Positions 38,140 to 46,868 of a stretch of 63,590 nucleotides of DNA are shown here, piece after piece. This DNA comes from a virus (Duplodnaviria > Caudoviricetes): the IMG/VR virus record IMGVR_UViG_3300036394_000008, positions 1 to 63,590 of that record, one strand, 5' to 3'. The position numbers were made by a program, and so were the translations under genes. The first letter of the stretch is position 1, and each line of letters begins with the position of its first letter. Under the pieces are notes generated by a model, which was given only the letters and a program-made list of their open reading frames with translations, did not search any database and had not been told where the DNA came from.

Positions 38140-39744
38140 TCAGGCCTCCAAAGCTTTGCCGAGCGTGTCGGCGTCGATGTCGAAAAGGTCAGCGAGGGTG
38201 TCGAGATCGACGCCCTGCTCGCGGTAGGAGCGCGCCCAGCGCAGCACCTTCGGTGTGATGGACTTCATGCGGATCACCTGGACGCCGCCCCCGAGATCCT
38301 CGAGGCGGGTTCCTCGCGGCATCGCCCTGCCCTTGGCTCGCACGATTGGCCGGGGCGGTTGGATCACGGCCGCTTTCGGCGCAATCGAGCCCACCACTCC
38401 CCGGATCTCCGACGTAGGGACCGGGATCAGTTCGGGGAGGCGCCTGGGCACATCCGCTACTGGGGCTTCCGTCGGCATGGGTTCAGCCCGCACCCGCGCT
38501 GGGGCCGGCATCGGCGCGGCAGTCGGTGAAGCCTGCTCGCCCATCGTGGCCAGCGGGTCAGGTGCAAGGATGCCGCCCGTCGCGAAGCGCGGACCCGCGC
38601 GCTTCATGCCGTGCTTGAGGAAGGCGATTGTCTTGCCGCGCGCAGGCTCCGCCCAGCACAGGCCGCATGTCGCGCAGGCCTCCGTCGCCTCAACCTGCGC
38701 CGGGCAGACGATGACATTGGGCACGTCCGGCGCGACGTCTACGACGACCGATCGTTGCGACCCGAACTCAGGGTGCGAAGTCCGGATTGCGAACCGCGAC
38801 CACATGCCGGTCGTGAGCATGCGGACCGCCTTGGCGATCTTCTGCGTCTCAGGATCCGCGTCATCTTCGCGGCGAGCGGTGTAGCCGAAGACGTGGAGCT
38901 GAGGCAGTTCGGCCAGCAGCTCGGCCCAGAGCAGCACGTATTCGACCGAGAAGAAGTCGCCGAGGGTGTGGAGGCGGATGAGCAGCCCGGCCGGGTACTG
39001 GCGTGCGACGGTGAGGACTTCGCTGCGCAGTGCCCCCATGAACTCTGCATCGACGCGATGGCGCCGGGCGTAGGGCATCGCGTTGCCGTAGCAGCCGGCC
39101 CAGACTGGGCAGGACCTCGGACAGGTGGTCCGCTCCTCAAGGGTGAGTTGGAAGATCGGCCAGCCAGTGCGCGGCCCCTTCAGGACCTTCTTTCCAAGCT
39201 TCGGATTGTTGTGGCCCGAGACCAGGAAGCGGGGGCTGCCATGCGTGCCGACGACCTGGTCGGTGAAGATGGAGTGGCCCTTGATCAGCGCGGGGTGATC
39301 GGCGCGCAAGTCCTGGACCCGGGCGGGATCGATGTCGGCGCTCGCGAACCTGCTGACTTGCAGACGATGGGGCTTGGCGGCGCGCGCGACTTGCGGCTGC
39401 GGAGTTGCGGCGACAGGCGCCTGAATAGGCGGCTCGGCCGGGACCTTTCCATCGACCAGAAAGGCGACGACCGTGCGGATCAGGGCGTCGGATACGTGCG
39501 CTTTCTCAAGCTGGGTCGGTGCGAGACCGCTGCCCTGGCCGACGGCGCATTCGCGCGCGGCGGCCTTGGCGGTCATAAGCTGGCCCCGGAAAAGGGCGGC
39601 GGCGGCGAGAACCCGAACCTGCCGAGGATACTCGCTGGGCGTCTCGGCATAGTCCGCGCCACATGCGATCCGCGCGCCAGCGAAGGCGCGGCCGATCAGC
39701 GGCGCGTTGGGGTTCGCGTCGTCCCACGCTTGTGAGGTGCTCAC
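38140..39744 (-). CDS. GP88-like radical-SAM-related protein with N- and C-terminal extensions
   Basis: NPKLGK, TCPRSCPVWAGCYG, RLHTLGDF, GYT, CPAQ, CATCGLCW. Confidence 0.75.
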   Translation of the reverse strand: MSTSQAWDDANPNAPLIGRAFAGARIACGADYAETPSEYPRQVRVLAAAALFRGQLMTAKAAARECAVGQGSGLAPTQLEKAHVSDALIRTVVAFLVDGKVPAEPPIQAPVAATPQPQVARAAKPHRLQVSRFASADIDPARVQDLRADHPALIKGHSIFTDQVVGTHGSPRFLVSGHNNPKLGKKVLKGPRTGWPIFQLTLEERTTCPRSCPVWAGCYGNAMPYARRHRVDAEFMGALRSEVLTVARQYPAGLLIRLHTLGDFFSVEYVLLWAELLAELPQLHVFGYTARREDDADPETQKIAKAVRMLTTGMWSRFAIRTSHPEFGSQRSVVVDVAPDVPNVIVCPAQVEATEACATCGLCWAEPARGKTIAFLKHGMKRAGPRFATGGILAPDPLATMGEQASPTAAPMPAPARVRAEPMPTEAPVADVPRRLPELIPVPTSEIRGVVGSIAPKAAVIQPPRPIVRAKGRAMPRGTRLEDLGGGVQVIRMKSITPKVLRWARSYREQGVDLDTLADLFDIDADTLGKALEA

Positions 39745-40193
39745 GCGTCGCTCCGGGTCATGAGGGTGGCGCGGGGCTTCAAGCCGAAGGCGGCGAGCCA
39801 GCGCGTTACGGTCTTCTCGGCGTCTTCAGGGGAGCGCCACTCAGCCAGGGCGACCCCGATCGCCAACAGTTTGGCGCGATGATCGATCTGCTCGTCGGAG
39901 AGCTTGCCGCCTTTGGGGCGTTTGACTTCGGCGCAGGCGAACTGGCCGTTGGGCAGAACGAACTGAAAGTCGAACCAGCCGGTCTTGAGCCCCATGCGCT
40001 TCAGGCGCTGACCGGCGGGGCTATAGCGGTAGGTTTCACCGGTCTTCCGGTTCACACGCTCGTAGGAGACGCGCTCCTCCCCCGCAGGGAAGTGCGTCCA
40101 GGGCAGATGCACCGGCCACGCCACATCGAGATAAGAAGCGATCGCTTCGTGCGGACCGATCTCTTTGATTGCTGACGTGGCCGGGTTTTGCAT
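39741..40193 (-). CDS. VRR-NUC nuclease / Holliday junction resolvase-like
   Basis: LKRMG.K.G..D...EVKRPKGGKLSDEQ. Confidence 0.85.
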   Translation of the reverse strand: MQNPATSAIKEIGPHEAIASYLDVAWPVHLPWTHFPAGEERVSYERVNRKTGETYRYSPAGQRLKRMGLKTGWFDFQFVLPNGQFACAEVKRPKGGKLSDEQIDHRAKLLAIGVALAEWRSPEDAEKTVTRWLAAFGLKPRATLMTRSDA

Positions 40194-40942
40194 CAGGCGG
40201 CTGCGCCCGCTTCGGCGCCAGCATCGTCAGCCCCACGCTGCATGAAGCCGCTGGCCTTCAGCTTGCGCGCAGCGTCGTCGAGCTTCTCGTCCTCGTCCTC
40301 GTCATCTTCGTTGAGGTTGACCGGAGCGTCGGTCTGAGGCGTCGCGCGGGCTTCGATGATCTTCTGAGCCCGGCCGAGGCGGAGGCCGTTCTCTTCCTGG
40401 CCCTTGTGATAGCCCCGCATGAAAGCCTGCAGGTTGTCGCCCGTGCAGCCCTTCGGCGCCGTCGCATCATCGCCGCGGCGGCCGGCGAGATAGCCCTCGG
40501 CCTCCCAGGCCAGTTCATCCTTGGCTAGGGTCGGCGTGCCGCCGTCGCCCAGGAGTTCCAGCTGGAAGGGAATGCCTGCGGCCTCGCAGACAACGTCCCA
40601 GACCTCCCGGTCCTTGGCAGCCTTTCGGGCGCCCGCCCGCTGAGCCTTGATGGCGCGCTCATATGTATCGCGCTCGATCCGGGTGTCGGACTTGGCTTCC
40701 AGGAACATGTCGGTCAGCTGTTGCTGGGCTTCCGACAGGCGCTGCTTTGCCTCAGCGATCACTTCGTCGACGTCAGCCTTGATAGCAGCGACCGAGATCT
40801 GCTTCGGGCCCAGGCGTGCCAGGTGGTAGGCGACCAGATCGACCAACTCCTGCCGATCTCCGTTCGGCGCGCCGCTGGTCGGCGAGTTCTCATTTGCGAT
40901 CTTGGATCGGGGCATTTCGCCCTCCTCTTCCAGACCGCTCAT
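40193..40942 (-). CDS. Hypothetical helical protein
   Basis: 249 aa, in operon. Confidence 0.7.
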   Translation of the reverse strand: MSGLEEEGEMPRSKIANENSPTSGAPNGDRQELVDLVAYHLARLGPKQISVAAIKADVDEVIAEAKQRLSEAQQQLTDMFLEAKSDTRIERDTYERAIKAQRAGARKAAKDREVWDVVCEAAGIPFQLELLGDGGTPTLAKDELAWEAEGYLAGRRGDDATAPKGCTGDNLQAFMRGYHKGQEENGLRLGRAQKIIEARATPQTDAPVNLNEDDEDEDEKLDDAARKLKASGFMQRGADDAGAEAGAAA

Positions 40943-41021
40943 CCCCGCGGCCTATGGGGTTGGGTGTGGCCGGGTCGCGCTTCGAGCGAGCGCCGATCAC
41001 GATATGTTCTTGGACGGGCGC

Positions 41022-41450
41022 TCACCCTTGGGGCGCGCGCTCGCCTCCCTTTTCAGTCGGCGCCGAAGGCGAAGGACGCGGGTCGCCGTGGCGACCGCCC
41101 TCAGCCTGGCGGCGGTGCGCGCGAACCAGTTCAAGCGCCTCCTCCAGGTCTCGTTCTTGTTGTGAAAGTTCAGCCAGGACGGGCTCGATCTCCGGCCGAA
41201 GGACTGCGTTGAGCAGGTCCTCACCGAAGCGCCGGTAGATCGCGGCCAGGTGCAGGTCGTTCGGCCAGTGGCCGTTCATGACGTTCTCGGCGGCCTTCAC
41301 CGTCGAGTTCATGTCGTGAGCGAGGGCCTTGGTCTGGCCCCGGTAGCGGCGGCGCAGGAAGCGGCCGAGCCGGTCACGGGGGCGCTCAGCCAAGCCGTCG
41401 ATAGAAGTGTGGGAATCTCTCCCCATGAAACTGCGCTCCGCATAGGTCAT
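41022..41450 (-). CDS. CII-position HTH-like regulator
   Basis: TKALAHDMNSTVKAAENVMNG..P; first long ORF after cro. Confidence 0.6.
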   Translation of the reverse strand: MTYAERSFMGRDSHTSIDGLAERPRDRLGRFLRRRYRGQTKALAHDMNSTVKAAENVMNGHWPNDLHLAAIYRRFGEDLLNAVLRPEIEPVLAELSQQERDLEEALELVRAHRRQAEGGRHGDPRPSPSAPTEKGGERAPQG

Positions 41451-41756
41451 TGCTGGGGACCTGGACGGGCGGTTGCGCCCTGGAGGCGCGTCACATGGAA
41501 AGGAGCTGGGACAACGGGAGCTTTGAGGCGGCCCTGCTTTGCTGGGAAAGCGGTCAGGGCCGCGACGTCACGACCTGCAAGGCGCGGGAACGCCTGGCGG
41601 TCCGATACTTTTGGCGTGCGCTGGGTATGCGCAGGCCAGACGCCAGGGCTCATCGCCCGGCTAAAACTGAAGGGGAGACGGCGCGCCAAACCCCAGGATC
41701 CGCCGCCTCCCCTCTCCACGGTCCCGCACGGCCGAACCGGTGAAGTGGAATGCTCA

Positions 41757-41786
41757 GCAGGGCGGTGAGAGCGCTCACCGCCCTGC
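41757..41786. repeat. Perfect 13-bp inverted repeat
   Basis: GCAGGGCGGTGAG-agcg-CTCACCGCCCTGC. Confidence 0.85.
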
Positions 41787-41859
41787 CATTGCTGGGCAGT
41801 CCCGGCTGACGGGTGCTTACGCAGGCCTGGAGAGCCACCCGCACGCGGTTGAATGGAAA

Positions 41860-41891
41860 GACGGGAGGCGCCCTTCGAGACGCCTCCCGTC
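41860..41891. repeat. Perfect 11-bp inverted repeat
   Basis: GACGGGAGGCG-cccttcgaga-CGCCTCCCGTC. Confidence 0.85.
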
Positions 41892-41962
41892 GCACGCGCC
41901 TCAGTCGGGGGGGGCGTGGGCGCGTGTGTTCGAATGTCGGTGAGGCCCCCGGGTCCCATCGA

Positions 41963-42169
41963 TCAGGCCGCTCGCGACAATGAAGCCGCCTCGATGGCCT
42001 TGAGCTCGGCGATGGTCGTCTCGGGGAAGGCTTCGAGGATTTCAGGCCACGCCGTCCTCGGTAGCTTATTGCGATGACGCCAGAGCGCGACCGCACCCGG
42101 CTTGTAGCCGGTGAGACGGGCGACGACTGCGGGTCCCCCCTTCGCGTCGATGTAATCGGTAGCGGTCAT
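41963..42169 (-). CDS. cro: Cro-like repressor
   Basis: IDAKGGPAVVARLTG....AV..W..RN.LP...W; divergent from cI. Confidence 0.85.
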   Translation of the reverse strand: MTATDYIDAKGGPAVVARLTGYKPGAVALWRHRNKLPRTAWPEILEAFPETTIAELKAIEAASLSRAA

Positions 42170-42177
42170 GGCCAAAC

Positions 42178-42241
42178 CTTACTCATGGTAAGATTTCAGC
42201 GCAAGCGCGTTCTTACTCCGCGTGAGATTACGAACTGTAAG
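42178..42241. promoter_or_regulatory. Three operators CTTAC-N5-GTAAG between cro and cI, overlapping divergent promoters
   Basis: CTTACtcatgGTAAG 42178-42192; CTTACtccgcGTGAG 42212-42226; ATTACgaactGTAAG 42227-42241. Minus-strand TTGCGC-N17-TAAGGT at 42204-42176. Confidence 0.88.
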
Positions 42242-42250
42242 ATCACGGCG

Positions 42251-42631
42251 ATGGACAGCGCATGGTCAGAGCTGAAGAACCCGTGGGAACGCCTGAGGTG
42301 GGCCCGGCTCTACTGGCAACGGCAAAGCGGCTCGGCGACTACAGCGCGTGCCGCCGCTGAATCGCTCGGCATGAACGAGAACACCTACAGCGCCTATGAG
42401 CGCGAGCCAGGTGACGGCAAAAAGAACATCCCGCTCGACCACACCCGCGCGGCCCAGTTCGGGCGCAAGTTCAAGGTCAACTGGGTTTGGTTACTATCGG
42501 GCGAAGAGACCCCGTTTGGTCGCTCTGCCGCGCAAACCCGCGCGATTGAGCTTCTCGCGACCGCGCCAGAAGCCATCCAGGAAGAAGCCGTCGAGATCAT
42601 GGAAACGATCATTCGACGTCGCGCCGGTTAA
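42251..42631 (+). CDS. cI: CI-like XRE repressor without an S24 peptidase domain
   Basis: ERLRWAR..AAAESLGMNENTYSAYER..F.VNWVWLLSGE. Confidence 0.85.
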   Translation: MDSAWSELKNPWERLRWARLYWQRQSGSATTARAAAESLGMNENTYSAYEREPGDGKKNIPLDHTRAAQFGRKFKVNWVWLLSGEETPFGRSAAQTRAIELLATAPEAIQEEAVEIMETIIRRRAG

Positions 42632-42650
42632 ACTGGCCTCCGGGGGAAGA

Positions 42651-43223
42651 ATGAAAGTCGCAGTCCTGTCCGCCGCGCTCGCCCTGACGGCCTTGCCGTC
42701 CTCGGCGCCAAGCGCTGAGCCGACTGTCGGTTGGGTCTACTCCGAGACCACAGACCCCATTACCGACGCCCGCCGTGGCTTCGCGACGCTCGGCAATGAC
42801 GCCGCCGGATCGGTCGTCTTCAAGTGCGATGCGAATGGGCCGGGCAGCGTATATGCGGCCGTTATTCCTGCACTTCCATTCGTCGGACCCTCCGCAGGCA
42901 GCCGAAAAGTGGTTATCCGAGTGGATGGCGGTCCAGCTCGCGAAGACGTGTGGATGTACGGCCGCAGCCAAGCAGTGAAGATGTCGCGCGCTTCCCTGGA
43001 ACGTGTGCCCACTTTCGGAGGTGCCCCAAGTACGCTCGGGATGTCGGTAGACGACCTGGCTGCTCAATTGGCACCCGCAAAGGCGATCGTCCTTCGCGTG
43101 ATGGACTTCAATTTCGTACCGGTGGACGTCGTTCTCGGGTCGAACGGTGACCCGGCAGCAGTGAAGCGCGTCTACGCGACATGCGCGGACGTTTGGCCGA
43201 CTGGCCAAACCCAGCACCCTTAA
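42651..43223 (+). CDS. Exported protein co-transcribed with cI
   Basis: ATG 42651; Sec signal MKVAVLSAALALTALPSSAPSA; W....DPITD pattern; two Cys. Confidence 0.8.
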   Translation: MKVAVLSAALALTALPSSAPSAEPTVGWVYSETTDPITDARRGFATLGNDAAGSVVFKCDANGPGSVYAAVIPALPFVGPSAGSRKVVIRVDGGPAREDVWMYGRSQAVKMSRASLERVPTFGGAPSTLGMSVDDLAAQLAPAKAIVLRVMDFNFVPVDVVLGSNGDPAAVKRVYATCADVWPTGQTQHP

Positions 43224-43228
43224 CTGCG

Positions 43229-43267
43229 CCCGGGAACAAGCCCGCCACAATCGGCGGGCTTCCCGGC
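43229..43267. terminator. Hairpin between convergent genes
   Basis: AAGCCCGCC-acaatc-GGCGGGCTT, extendable through CCGGGA/TCCCGG. Confidence 0.65.
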
Positions 43268-43268
43268 T

Positions 43269-43508
43269 CTAAGCTGAGATCTGGCAGGGTGCTGCGCCGA
43301 GCCTGGCGAGCACGGTAGGCTCCGACCAGTAGCCGGTCGTCGGGCATCCCTCGATGCTGAACACGATTGCTCCGACGATGTGGCCCCTCATGTCGCTACC
43401 AGCCGCAACAGCTTCGCCCTCCGAGCCGAACTGCCTAATCGGCTTCGCCCACAAGGCCCCTGCCTTTCGCGCGAAACTCTGAACGCAATAAACCGTACGC
43501 AATCCCAC
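43269..43508 (-). CDS. Hypothetical protein
   Basis: 79 aa; GGGGAG RBS; YCVQSF..A...G..GA.VFS..G.P..G....P.VLAR.G. Confidence 0.65.
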   Translation of the reverse strand: MGLRTVYCVQSFARKAGALWAKPIRQFGSEGEAVAAGSDMRGHIVGAIVFSIEGCPTTGYWSEPTVLARLGAAPCQISA

Positions 43509-43613
43509 TAACTGGCTCCCCCTGGATGCTCTTCTGTCGTCCGGCTGTCCGCGCGCCGGTCGATGACGAGGGAAACATGCGTCGGCGTCAGAAGCGGTCG
43601 CCTGCGTTAATGT

Positions 43614-43663
43614 CTTACGATCTGTAAGATTTCACTTGCGACCTAAATCTTACTCACGGTAAG
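43614..43663. promoter_or_regulatory. Two operators CTTAC-N5-GTAAG at the plus-strand early promoter
   Basis: CTTACgatctGTAAG 43614-43628; CTTACtcacgGTAAG 43649-43663; TTGCGA -35-like hexamer at 43636. Confidence 0.88.
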
Positions 43664-43688
43664 TTCTCTCCACACCCGGAGAGACGAC

Positions 43689-44009
43689 GTGTTCCAGATC
43701 CCTTCCCCCGCCGCCCCTAAGCTTCGCCCCGGCGAACGTTTGGTCGCTGGTCGGCCCTACGTCTTCGACGCCGACCTGCTGCGCGCCTACGAAGCGGACC
43801 TGCAGGTTGAAAGCGCTCCCGAGGACCTCTCCACCTTCACCGATACCGAGGTCTCCGAGCTGTGGGGCGCCTGGCTAAACCGCGACCGTCGGAAGCCGTT
43901 TGACGCCCTGACCAAGGCGGTCGGCGAACGTGTCTGCGCTGAGCGCGCGGCGCGCCGGTCGCTGTCGGGCGCCTACACGGGCCGGGCTCCTTTTGAGGAG
44001 GCGGCGTGA
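43689..44009 (+). CDS. Hypothetical protein, first gene of the early operon
   Basis: GGAGAG RBS and GTG start. Confidence 0.65.
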   Translation: MFQIPSPAAPKLRPGERLVAGRPYVFDADLLRAYEADLQVESAPEDLSTFTDTEVSELWGAWLNRDRRKPFDALTKAVGERVCAERAARRSLSGAYTGRAPFEEAA

Positions 44010-44377
44010 TGGGCGTGGTCATCCAACTCAGCAACTACCGGACCGCCAAGCCGGCGCCCGTGGTTCGGCTCGACGCTGAAGCCGAGGATCGCGCTTCGGT
44101 CCTGCGGCTTGAGGCTGCTGACCTTCAGCAGCGCGCCGACGAGCTGATGGTCGTTGAGGCCGAGTATGCCGGGAGGGCTGCCGGTCGGCGCCGTGACGGC
44201 GATCTGGCCGGCGCGGCTCACTACGACGCCCTCCAGAAGAAGACCCAGGCCGAATACCTCGAACTGGACGAACTCGCATTCCAGAAGCGGCTTGAGGTCT
44301 GCGCCCTGCATGCCCGCGCGGATTTCCTTCTGGTCGCTTCCGATCTGGCGGCGCTCGGCCGGCCGGAGGCGCTGTGA
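44006..44377 (+). CDS. Hypothetical protein
   Basis: Coupled; VIQLSNYR N-terminal motif. Confidence 0.6.
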   Translation: MMGVVIQLSNYRTAKPAPVVRLDAEAEDRASVLRLEAADLQQRADELMVVEAEYAGRAAGRRRDGDLAGAAHYDALQKKTQAEYLELDELAFQKRLEVCALHARADFLLVASDLAALGRPEAL

Positions 44378-44694
44378 TGCCGGCGCCCTACATCACCACT
44401 GCCATGGCTCGCGAGCAGGGATTGCTGGCTGGTCGCTTGGCGCGCTGCACCTGCGGCCGGACCTGTCCCTCGGACGGCACGGCGCCTGGGTTCAAGGACA
44501 TCCCGTTCTTCCAGTACTGGGGCCCGGGCTCTGAGAAAGCCGAAGAGCAGTGCGGCAACCCCGGTTGCGGCAAATACCGTGTCGCCCACGGCCCGACCGC
44601 CCCTCACCAGGGCCGGTACGCCTGCGCCGAGTTCCGCCAGCGCGCGCCGGACGAGTTCGACAGCTTCTACTGCGGCTGCCGGGGATGGGACTGA
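44374..44694 (+). CDS. Cys-rich hypothetical protein
   Basis: CTCG...C...CGK...C...FDSFYCGCRGWD. Confidence 0.7.
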   Translation: MMPAPYITTAMAREQGLLAGRLARCTCGRTCPSDGTAPGFKDIPFFQYWGPGSEKAEEQCGNPGCGKYRVAHGPTAPHQGRYACAEFRQRAPDEFDSFYCGCRGWD

Positions 44695-45071
44695 TGGCCG
44701 GCCCCTGCTCCCACTGCGGCGGTCATGACCAGCACACGCCGCCCTGCAACGCTGACGGCTCGCGACCGTATGGCGTCCATTTGGTCGAGCCTTCTAACGC
44801 CGAGCGGCATGCTTGGCCGAGCGCCACCGAGCGGTACGTCGCCGACCTTGAAGAGATCTGCGACGCCCTCACCGACGCAGGGGCGCTCGCTCTCGAGCTT
44901 CTCAAGACCGACCGCGCCGAGCTGACCGAGAGCGCCTGCATCCTGGACCCGGCCACTGCCGAGCCCCGCCTCGAAACGCTGAGCGCCGAGACGGCCGACT
45001 ACCTCGCCACCCACCTCGATCCGGTGATCGCCAAGCTCGAAGCGGCGCTCGCCCAGCTGGAGCACGCCTGA
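44694..45071 (+). CDS. Hypothetical protein
   Basis: ATG 44694 coupled (TGATG); CSHC..H...C. Confidence 0.6.
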   Translation: MAGPCSHCGGHDQHTPPCNADGSRPYGVHLVEPSNAERHAWPSATERYVADLEEICDALTDAGALALELLKTDRAELTESACILDPATAEPRLETLSAETADYLATHLDPVIAKLEAALAQLEHA

Positions 45072-45865
45072 TGGCGCAGAAGGTCACTCTCAACCCCGGA
45101 GACGAGGTCTACCTCGAAGACGGCCGGATTGCGGGCTTCGTAGCCTCGGCGCCGGACGGCTTTATCGTCCGCCCCATCATCGAGAGCGACGAGGGCGGCT
45201 GGCCCGGCAAGCCCATCCTCGTTGCTCGGGTGTCGCGGGAGGAGCCGGCTGACAAAATCTCTCCGGTAATCGCCGAGTTGCGCACCGCTGAGGCCGACCT
45301 CCGGGCGAAGGTGTTTGCACTGCGCGCCGAGGCCATGGACCTTGAGCGTGCCCAGCTGGATCGCCGTGCTCACATCGCCCAGCACGGGCATCTCGAGACG
45401 CTGGACAACTTCCTTTCTGGCAAGATCACCCACGCCGTCACACGCGAGTACGACGACAAGTTCTATGTCCAGGACCTGTCCGAGGCCGCCCAGGATGAGC
45501 GTTCCTACAGTTCTTTGCGGCTGATCTCCCTGGTGGGCTCACTGCGCGGCGGCACGTTGACGTCGTGGTCGATAGAGGGACGAAGCGGCCACTTTGTGCC
45601 GGCCACGTCTCGCGAAGCTGCCGTCGCAATCGCCGCCAGCCAGATCGAGAAGGAGTTCTCGGATCATCGCGCTGGCCGGCGGGTGAACGTCGTCAACCTC
45701 GTCGCATCCTGCAAGCGCATTGGCTTGCCGATTCCGGCGGACATGGCCGCCATCGTCGCTGCGGCTGCGCATGAGGCCGCTGCAAACGCCGTGCGCAAGG
45801 CGGAACAGAGCCTTGAAGTCGCCCGCGCTCAGCTTGCTGCCGTCGCGAAGCCGGAGGCCGTTTGA
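45071..45865 (+). CDS. Hypothetical protein
   Basis: 264 aa, coupled. Confidence 0.7.
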   Translation: MAQKVTLNPGDEVYLEDGRIAGFVASAPDGFIVRPIIESDEGGWPGKPILVARVSREEPADKISPVIAELRTAEADLRAKVFALRAEAMDLERAQLDRRAHIAQHGHLETLDNFLSGKITHAVTREYDDKFYVQDLSEAAQDERSYSSLRLISLVGSLRGGTLTSWSIEGRSGHFVPATSREAAVAIAASQIEKEFSDHRAGRRVNVVNLVASCKRIGLPIPADMAAIVAAAAHEAAANAVRKAEQSLEVARAQLAAVAKPEAV

Positions 45866-46038
45866 TGCGAGCCCTTCGCTTCATCGTTCGCGACCGTTTC
45901 AGCTTCTTCGACTTCGGCTGGTTGGTTCCCGCCGCCTCGTTGCTGAACGACGGACGCCCCGTCTGGGCGCTCGGAGTGTGCCTTGGCGGCGCCGTGATCT
46001 CGGGCGCGGTCCGCTCTTTCGTGGAGCGCCAGTCATGA
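45865..46038 (+). CDS. Small hydrophobic protein
   Basis: Manually translated MRALRFIVRDRFSFFDFGWLV...; TGATG and ATGA overlaps; below the ORF-track size cutoff. Confidence 0.5.
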   Translation: MRALRFIVRDRFSFFDFGWLVPAASLLNDGRPVWALGVCLGGAVISGAVRSFVERQS

Positions 46039-46163
46039 ACCGGCTGATCTCCTACGCGGTCCGACGTGGGCCAGCCCTGATCTTCGACATCGGCGTGGTT
46101 CTGGGCGGCCTCTACTTCTGGACCGACCTTCTCATGCGAGCGCTCTTTGGGCAGCCGACATGA
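46035..46163 (+). CDS. Small membrane protein
   Basis: MNRLISYAVRRGPALIFDIGVVLGGLYFW...; ATGA overlaps at both ends. Confidence 0.5.
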   Translation: MNRLISYAVRRGPALIFDIGVVLGGLYFWTDLLMRALFGQPT

Positions 46164-46390
46164 GCCGCCTTTCGCCACGTGCCTACGGGGTCGGCCAGGG
46201 CTGGGTTGTCGCCTCCTCAGGCCAGCGGCTGAGCAAGAGCGCCTGTGCCGCGGCTTTGGCCCGCCACGTCGCGATCTCCAACGACATGAACGCACGCCCT
46301 CGGGACGTCGAGAACGCCAAGGCCTGCGCGAACCAACTGACCGAGGCGATGCGCCTCTCCTTCACCGACAGCCAGGAGGCTCTCCTTTGA
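46160..46390 (+). CDS. Hypothetical protein
   Basis: 76 aa, coupled. Confidence 0.55.
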   Translation: MSRLSPRAYGVGQGWVVASSGQRLSKSACAAALARHVAISNDMNARPRDVENAKACANQLTEAMRLSFTDSQEALL

Positions 46391-46398
46391 CCACCACC

Positions 46399-46587
46399 AT
46401 GCAAGCCAAGTCCCGTCGCGGTTTCGCTGCGATGTCTCCGGAACGGCGCCGGGAGATCGCTGCCAAGGGCGGCGCGAGCGTGCCGGCCGACAAGCGCAGC
46501 TTCGCCAAGGACCGCGCGCTCGCCGCGTCGGCCGGAAAGAAGGGCGGCGAAGGCTACCGGCCCAACGCTGGCGAGGGAGTGAGCTGA
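46399..46587 (+). CDS. KGG-repeat general stress protein
   Basis: RGFAAMSPERRREIAAKGG..RSFAKDRALAASAGKKGG. Confidence 0.9.
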   Translation: MQAKSRRGFAAMSPERRREIAAKGGASVPADKRSFAKDRALAASAGKKGGEGYRPNAGEGVS

Positions 46588-46868
46588 TGGGAACCCCCAT
46601 CAAGCCCCGGCTCTCCGTCGTGCCAGGCGGATCCGATCCCCGGACCGTGGCCGACCGGATCCGCCACCATCAGGCCGAAGCTCGCGCCCTGGCGAACGAG
46701 CTGGTCACCGAACTCGACAAGGCCCTCGCCGACGTCGCGCGCCTGGCAGCCGAGATCTCCGACGGTGGCGAAGTGTTCGCCGTCGGCGTTCGGGAGATCG
46801 CCCGCCGGCTGGCCGAGGACACCCACGCTACGGCGCAGATGCTCGCCGCGGTGAGGTGCAAGTCGTGA
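46587..46868 (+). CDS. Hypothetical helical protein
   Basis: 93 aa; ADRIR..QAEAR.LA..A.EI..GGE...VGVRE.ARRL. Confidence 0.7.
   Translation: MGTPIKPRLSVVPGGSDPRTVADRIRHHQAEARALANELVTELDKALADVARLAAEISDGGEVFAVGVREIARRLAEDTHATAQMLAAVRCKS

Noticed and set aside
43607-43621. Possible CtrA box at the early promoter
   Set aside because: Only one TTAA half-site; the second half does not match. No full TTAA-N7-TTAA site was noticed by eye, though a formal scan was not done.
42178-43663. Operator repeats as a CRISPR array or att sites
   Set aside because: 15-bp palindromes with variable centres and irregular spacing at promoters; no repeat-spacer periodicity or cas genes.
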